From an uncultured Dehalococcoidales bacterium (GTDB taxonomy: Bacteria > Chloroflexota > Dehalococcoidia > GIF9 > AB-539-J10), in contig CAZJGF010000001.1 of the NCBI GenBank assembly GCA_964545665.1, positions 1-59,758 of the forward strand: 59,758 nucleotides of DNA. The letters are read 5' to 3'. This document shows, piece after piece, positions 54,941 to 59,758 of this stretch (its first letter is position 1; each line of letters begins with the position of its first letter). Below the pieces are notes generated by a model. That model saw nothing but the letters and a program-made list of their open reading frames with translations, was not told the DNA's origin and did not search any database. The position numbers and the translations under genes are program-made.

Positions 54941-57757
54941 TCAAGACGCTAATGTGATCTCTCTCATCTCGACCGCGTCATCTGCCTCAGCCATAACCTC
55001 AGCCGCTCTACCCGCTGCTCCTGAGGCCTGAGTTACAGAATCTGGGATATCCCGCGGGCTGTGAACATAGCCGCAAGCAAAGATGCCGCGCTTTGTGGTA
55101 TCTAGCGGTTGCAGCAATTTATTTGGAATCTTCACGAAGCCATTTTCATCTAACTCTATGCCTAAGATTTCTGCCAGTTCCTCGCTAATTTGAGGAATCA
55201 TCGCTTGGGCAAGAACCACCAGTTCTGCCTCAAGGCTCTTTATTTCCCCGGTGGTGGTGTCCTCGTACGAAATAACAGGGTTATCGTTCTTGGGGTTGAC
55301 TTCGATCCTGCCGGGACGTCCCCTGATATATGTTGCGTTGTACTCCTTCTTAGCCCTAGCGATATATTCCTGAAACCTCTTACCCACAGCCCTCATGTCC
55401 ATATAGAGAATTGTGGACTTCGTTCCTGGCTCATGTTCATATGCCATCATGGCTTCCTTGGTGGCATGCATGCAGCAGACGCTGGAACAATATGCTTTGT
55501 TCCTAAGATCGCGGGAGCCAACGCATTGGATGAAGGCTATATTGTGAGGGATTTTCCCATCTGAAGGGCGCCTAAGTTCTCCCATAGTAGGTCCTGACGC
55601 TGCAGTTAGCCTCTCGCATTCCATTGCTGTAATAACGTTCTTTATCTTTCCATAGCCATATTCTTCAATGCTTGAGATATCATGAAAATTGAGTCCTGTG
55701 GCGAGGATTATTGCTCCTACATCGAGGCGAATATGCTCATCCTGCATGTGATAATCAATCGCATTTGCCTCACACCGTTTCTCACATTCGTGACATTCGA
55801 TGCACCCTTCTATCTGCCCAGCAAGGCAGCGAGAAGCCTCCTCCACAGCTTCTTCTGGAGTGTAGCCCAAAGTCACCTCACCAAAGCCTCTCATCCTCTC
55901 CTCCACAGGCTCCTTTTCCATCTCGACTCGCTTTTTGAACGGAAAGCGTTTTTGCCTGTCCGCTACCTCCTCCTCGGAAAGCTTCTCCGGCTTCCTTTCC
56001 TCCTCAGACTCAATGGGTTTACCTTGCAAATACAGGTCTATGGAGCGAGCTGCCCTGTTACCTGCTGCTATGGCATCGATAACGAAAGCAGGACCTGTAA
56101 CTACATCCCCGCCGGCAAATACTCCCTCGATGTTAGTTGCCCCGGTATTAGGATCAATTTCTATTGTGCCTCTGTTGGAGAGTGATACGCCAAGCTTCGC
56201 GGCAAACTCTGTTTTCGGATTTTGACCAAGGGCAGTGATTACTGTGTCCACTGGAGCAGAAAACTCAGAGCCTTCGATAGGAATAGGTCGGGGACGCCCG
56301 CTCGCATCCAACTCCCCGAGTTCCATTCTCATACACTCCACCCTGGCGATTCTCCCATCGTCCCGGCAAAAGCGGGTTGGGGTAGTCAGGAAATCAATCT
56401 CTATCCCCTCCTCCTCGGCTGCCTTTACCTCTTCCGCCGAGGCTGGCATTTCGGCGCGGGAACGGCGGTACACAATGTTCACCTCTTCGGCACCAAGGCG
56501 CTTTGCCAGTCGAGCGCAGTCAATAGCTGTGTTCCCCCCACCAATTACTGCTACTTTTTTACCTACCTTCACCTTCTCCCTAAGGTTTACAGCACGAAGA
56601 AATCCTATTCCCTCGAACACCCCGGAAAGGTTTTCCCCCTCCACTCTGAGTCGCGTTCCGCTGGGAGCTCCGGTAGCGAGGAAAAGGGCATCATAACCTT
56701 TGTTTATTTCTTCAAGGGCAATATCCTTGCCAACTTCTACCCCTGTCCTTATTTCCACGCCAAGCTTTTGGATGTAACCTATCTCCTTGCGCACAATCTC
56801 CTTAGGAAGGCGATATTCAGGAATGCCATAGTGGAGCATTCCCCCAGGCTCAGGGAGAGCCTCGAAAACAGTCACCTGGTACCCCTTAAGGGCAAGGTCA
56901 TTAGCAGCAGCAAGACCTGCAGGCCCTGAGCCTACGATTGCTACCTTCTTGTCCCTTTTTGTAATAGCTGGAACTTCAAGCTTGTCAATATCCACTTGAT
57001 CTGCAGCGAACCTCTTTAAGTCGCGGATGGCTATAGGCTCATCAATTTGACCACGATTGCAGGCTTCCTCGCAGGGAGCGTAGCAAACTCGGCCGCAGAC
57101 AGCAGGGAGAGGATTTGTATCTCTTATGAGCTTGTAAGCTTCCTGGAACTTCCCTTCGGCTATGAGCTTAACATACCCGAGCACATTGGTATGAGCAGGG
57201 CAGGCATCCTTGCAAGCTGCTTTACATGGCCTCTCCTCTATCTTAGCGACGGCATACTTCTTAGGGACGGCTTGAGGGAAGGGAATGAAGATGGCTTTTC
57301 TCTCGCCAAGCCCCTGGTCAAATTCGCTCGGCATGATAACCGGGCATCCCTCCGCGCAAAGACCACAGCCAGTGCATTTATCCCAATCAACATAAGGTGC
57401 TCTCCTCTTCACCTTAGCCTGGAAACTTCCAACCTCTCCTGAGACTTCTTCGACTTGGGAATAGGTCAAAAGTTCTATATTTGGATGCTGGCTTGCTTCG
57501 ATCATCTTGGGGGCTAAAATACACATAGCACAATCGTTAGTAGGAAAGGTCTTATCTAGCTGTGCCATCCTCCCTCCGATGCTGGGCGTCTTTTCCACCA
57601 AATACACCTTAAACCCCATATTAGCCAGATCGAGAGAAGCTTGAATCCCAGCTATACCCCCCCCGATTACCAACATTGAGTTATTCGTGGTCTCACCCCC
57701 TTTGTAATTCAGAATGTTTTCCTGTCTTACCAGTTTTCGTGGCTCAGCGTACACCAC
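54941..57757 (-). CDS. HdrA::GltD fusion flavoprotein (single HdrA unit with a GltD-like insert)
   Basis: 938-aa ORF collinear with the first ~900 aa of the giant protein at 48169: IGGGIAGIQASLDLA, LDKTFPTNDCAMC, CTGCGLCAEGCP, then the insert at ~56017-57235 (CPAHTNVLGY, VCYAPCEEACNR, IVGSGPAGLAAANDL, GGMLHYGIPEYRLP, VIGGGNTAIDCAR, GVFAGGDVVTGP), then FIQCVGSRDL..YCSSVCC. The start is uncertain (GTG 57757 or ATG 57676). Confidence 0.85.
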   Translation of the reverse strand: MVYAEPRKLVRQENILNYKGGETTNNSMLVIGGGIAGIQASLDLANMGFKVYLVEKTPSIGGRMAQLDKTFPTNDCAMCILAPKMIEASQHPNIELLTYSQVEEVSGEVGSFQAKVKRRAPYVDWDKCTGCGLCAEGCPVIMPSEFDQGLGERKAIFIPFPQAVPKKYAVAKIEERPCKAACKDACPAHTNVLGYVKLIAEGKFQEAYKLIRDTNPLPAVCGRVCYAPCEEACNRGQIDEPIAIRDLKRFAADQVDIDKLEVPAITKRDKKVAIVGSGPAGLAAANDLALKGYQVTVFEALPEPGGMLHYGIPEYRLPKEIVRKEIGYIQKLGVEIRTGVEVGKDIALEEINKGYDALFLATGAPSGTRLRVEGENLSGVFEGIGFLRAVNLREKVKVGKKVAVIGGGNTAIDCARLAKRLGAEEVNIVYRRSRAEMPASAEEVKAAEEEGIEIDFLTTPTRFCRDDGRIARVECMRMELGELDASGRPRPIPIEGSEFSAPVDTVITALGQNPKTEFAAKLGVSLSNRGTIEIDPNTGATNIEGVFAGGDVVTGPAFVIDAIAAGNRAARSIDLYLQGKPIESEEERKPEKLSEEEVADRQKRFPFKKRVEMEKEPVEERMRGFGEVTLGYTPEEAVEEASRCLAGQIEGCIECHECEKRCEANAIDYHMQDEHIRLDVGAIILATGLNFHDISSIEEYGYGKIKNVITAMECERLTAASGPTMGELRRPSDGKIPHNIAFIQCVGSRDLRNKAYCSSVCCMHATKEAMMAYEHEPGTKSTILYMDMRAVGKRFQEYIARAKKEYNATYIRGRPGRIEVNPKNDNPVISYEDTTTGEIKSLEAELVVLAQAMIPQISEELAEILGIELDENGFVKIPNKLLQPLDTTKRGIFACGYVHSPRDIPDSVTQASGAAGRAAEVMAEADDAVEMREITLAS

Positions 57758-57864
57758 AACCGGGCAGGTAGCTGTTCATCTAAGTTGCCTACCCAAGCCT
57801 CTATTTTGCTGATGTCACCACTGGCCAAAAGCAACTCTCTTCCGCAGTTAAGGAGCGATATCCT
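57727..57864 (-). pseudogene. Truncated paralog (C-terminal ~40 codons) of the 95-aa gene at 58367-58654
   Basis: The minus-strand frame reads ...ELLLASGDISKIEAWVGNLDEQLPARLWCTLSHENW*. The intact gene reads ...ELAALVSGDIKNIERWVGKLDKQLATWLWCRLSQEKW*. From SGDI onward, 20 of 31 residues are identical by hand alignment. The fragment has no start codon and an upstream stop at 57865-57867. Confidence 0.5.
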
Positions 57865-57876
57865 CTAAGGCTGTAG

Positions 57877-58326
57877 TCATTCTGAGGCTCTCCTTGCCAT
57901 GACCAGAAGGGCAGTAGACAACCCACCAGCGACAGCTAAGCCTACGCCTATGTCCATAAAGGGGATCATCCCTCCGCTGGATATTTCCCCAGGGTTAAGG
58001 CTAGGGGAAAGAGTCTCACCGAAAACGGAGGAACCAACAAGGAAATTATGGAAGAAACTCGAGTGGAACATGCCTGCAAATGCTAAGCTGATGAATATCA
58101 GCAATCCAACGCTCATCAAAACAAGGAAATGGGCTCCATCCAGACTTCTACGAATGGAATGGGAGCCAAAGGCGACAATGAGCAAGGCTACACCTGAGGC
58201 AATTACAGCACCCCCCTGAAATCCACCTCCGGGAGTCAAGTGCCCGTGCATGATGATATATAGACCGAAGATAAGGATGGGCAGAATCAGAAAGCTGGAC
58301 ATGGTACGCACAATCTTGGACATCAT
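57877..58326 (-). CDS. MnhB-domain membrane protein (Mrp/Mbh antiporter-module subunit-like)
   Basis: 149 aa with four hydrophobic segments and the MnhB signature HGHLTPGGGFQGG. Confidence 0.7.
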   Translation of the reverse strand: MMSKIVRTMSSFLILPILIFGLYIIMHGHLTPGGGFQGGAVIASGVALLIVAFGSHSIRRSLDGAHFLVLMSVGLLIFISLAFAGMFHSSFFHNFLVGSSVFGETLSPSLNPGEISSGGMIPFMDIGVGLAVAGGLSTALLVMARRASE

Positions 58327-58366
58327 CTTTTATCACCTCCTTTCTATTTTTCTTAAGTTCTCTCGG

Positions 58367-58654
58367 CTACCATTTCTCTTGAGACAGCCGGCACCACAAC
58401 CAGGTAGCTAGCTGTTTATCTAGCTTGCCAACCCATCTCTCTATGTTCTTTATGTCGCCGCTGACCAACGCCGCCAGCTCATCTGGAGCTAGGGCGTAAT
58501 ACCCTCTGAGTGCCTCACCGGGGTTATCCGCCAGCTGAGCTAAGAATCCACTGTCATCAGCAGCCCTGGCTAAGACCTCTAGGATTGCTTCTCTTCCCCT
58601 CAGTCTTTCCGTCGGACCGGGAATCTTCCTCTCTTCTACTATCCCTTGTCCCAT
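58367..58654 (-). CDS. Hypothetical small soluble protein
   Basis: 95-aa ORF with GGAGG-type RBS (aggaaggaggca) upstream. I could not assign a family with confidence. A truncated paralog lies at 57727-57864. Confidence 0.5.
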   Translation of the reverse strand: MGQGIVEERKIPGPTERLRGREAILEVLARAADDSGFLAQLADNPGEALRGYYALAPDELAALVSGDIKNIERWVGKLDKQLATWLWCRLSQEKW

Positions 58655-58862
58655 TGTGATGCCTCCTTCCTCTGTTGCTCTAGTTTTAGATTAATATTTG
58701 CCAGAGCACATTACATCGGCCTCAAGGCCTATTTTGCTGTGGTCAAGGTACATTCCGGCCTGCCCTAAAGTCCCATATCTTGAGGCCTATGGTAAGGTGT
58801 CCTTGAGGTTTTGCTTCAGCTAGCTTAAAATTAGTTGGTAGTTGTTAACATAGGAGAGAGGA

Positions 58863-59570
58863 ATGCCTATGAGGAAGATCAGGATTCTGCTTGCTGATGA
58901 CCATGCGGTGCTGAGGGAGGGCATGCGCAACCTAATAGAGCAGGAGAAAGACATGGAGGTAGTTGGTGAGGCCGGTGATGGTGAAGAAGCCGTTGAATTG
59001 GGGACTCGGCTGAAGCCAGACGTAGTATTAATGGATATCGTTATGCCTAAAGTTAGTGGAGTTGTGGCTAGCAAATTGATCAAAGAAGCCAGTCCCAATA
59101 GTGCCGTATTGATACTGACTGCCTATGACGATAACCGCTACATCCTTGGACTTTTGGAAGCTGGAGCATGCGGCTACTTACTGAAAAACGCACGCGGTTG
59201 TGAGATTATAGGAGCTATACGGGCGGTACATTTCGGTGAATCTGTGCTTGACCCAGTAGTAATCCGTAGACTCTTGGAGCGCGCAAGCGGTCTAGCAAGG
59301 GAAAGTGGGGGATTTGAAGCCAAGGGGCTACTTAGCCAAAGGGAAATTGAGACTTTGAAGTTGGCAGCCAAGGGAATGAGTAACAAAGATATCGCCAATG
59401 AGCTTTTCCTCAGCGTGCGCACGGTGAAAGCCCACTTGAGCAATATCTTTAACAAGCTGGGAGTTAGTTGCCGCACTGAAGCTATACTCCAAGGGTTGAG
59501 GCAGGGCTATATTAGCCTTGATGACGTACCTCAAGGGTCCGGATCAGACGGGACCCCTGATAGAAGGTGA
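58863..59570 (+). CDS. NarL/FixJ-family response regulator (REC + LuxR-type HTH)
   Basis: ILLADDH ... DVVLMDIVMP receiver motifs and a C-terminal LSQREIETLKLAAKGMSNKDIANELFLSVRTVKAHLSNIFNKLGV. Confidence 0.9.
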   Translation: MPMRKIRILLADDHAVLREGMRNLIEQEKDMEVVGEAGDGEEAVELGTRLKPDVVLMDIVMPKVSGVVASKLIKEASPNSAVLILTAYDDNRYILGLLEAGACGYLLKNARGCEIIGAIRAVHFGESVLDPVVIRRLLERASGLARESGGFEAKGLLSQREIETLKLAAKGMSNKDIANELFLSVRTVKAHLSNIFNKLGVSCRTEAILQGLRQGYISLDDVPQGSGSDGTPDRR

Positions 59571-59573
59571 GCA

Positions 59574-59758
59574 ATGAGAACAAGATTTAAACTGCCTCAG
59601 CAAGGCTACAAATACCTGTTTGAGAACGTCACTGACGCTATTTTGGTTCACGATATGAGTGGTGATATCGTGGCAGCAAACAAGGCATGTGGAAAACTCA
59701 CAGGATATTCCCGAAAGGAATTAATTGGCGCCAATGTTAGGGAATTCATTACCGATAG
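59574..59758 (+). CDS. PAS-domain sensor protein, 5' part only (runs off the window)
   Basis: ATG at 59574, open to the window end. The translation (YLFENVTDAILVHDMSGDIVAANKACGKLTGYSRKELIGANVREFI) has the typical start of a PAS fold. It lies 4 nt after the regulator gene, so it is probably the cognate kinase. Confidence 0.6.
   Translation, partial: MRTRFKLPQQGYKYLFENVTDAILVHDMSGDIVAANKACGKLTGYSRKELIGANVREFITD

Noticed and set aside
1-59758. Search for CRISPR arrays, tRNA/rRNA genes, cobalamin/THF/Moco riboswitches and prophage or defence genes.
   Set aside because: No regularly spaced direct repeats and no rRNA- or tRNA-like stretches were seen. I noticed no B12-box-like sequence in the intergenic regions, which are mostly under 150 nt, and no recognisable defence or phage proteins. 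This was a scan by eye only.

Overview
This is a bacterial chromosomal segment that looks like a strict anaerobe with an acetogen-like metabolism. I cannot fix the lineage from sequence alone. All family calls come from motifs I recognised by eye in the supplied translations and DNA; no database search was run.

Left third (0.6-17.1 kb, all + strand):
- A TRAP transporter (dctPQM).
- An accessory catabolic island: a VOC protein; two permuted copies of a three-gene module (C_GCAxxG_C_C protein, classical SDR, extended SDR/epimerase); a D-2-hydroxyacid dehydrogenase; a split UxaA-type dehydratase; a LarA-like protein; an HMGL-like aldolase/synthase; a C-N hydrolase; and a non-pyrrolysine MttB-family methyltransferase.
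- The right part of the island is bracketed by a ~40-nt direct repeat and ends at a transposase relic.

Right two thirds (17.7-57.8 kb), a Wood-Ljungdahl super-locus:
- cooC, fhs, a stand-alone FdhA/NuoG-N-terminal FeS protein, acsE, and an archaeal-type CODH/ACS (cdhD, cdhA, cdhB, cdhC, cdhE).
- A NuoE/NuoF pair and two tandem atypical CooC paralogs.
- A cNMP-domain protein, then NuoE, a NuoF::GltD fusion and a Cys-type FdhA.
- metF, a cNMP-domain histidine kinase and two CheY-like regulators.
- A split tandem HdrA pair, mvhD, metV, a second metF, an hdrC-like gene, a 1480-aa HdrA-GltD-HdrA fusion and a second mvhD.
- A decayed mvhG/mvhA [NiFe]-hydrogenase pair, and a divergent HdrA::GltD gene.

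The window ends with an MnhB-like membrane protein, a small protein with a truncated paralog, a NarL-type regulator and a partial PAS protein.

The main candidate novelty is a GltD/NfnB-like NAD(P)H module grafted three times onto bifurcation scaffolds. No HdrB is visible, and a dead Mvh hydrogenase sits beside the largest fusion. I saw no rRNA, tRNA or CRISPR.
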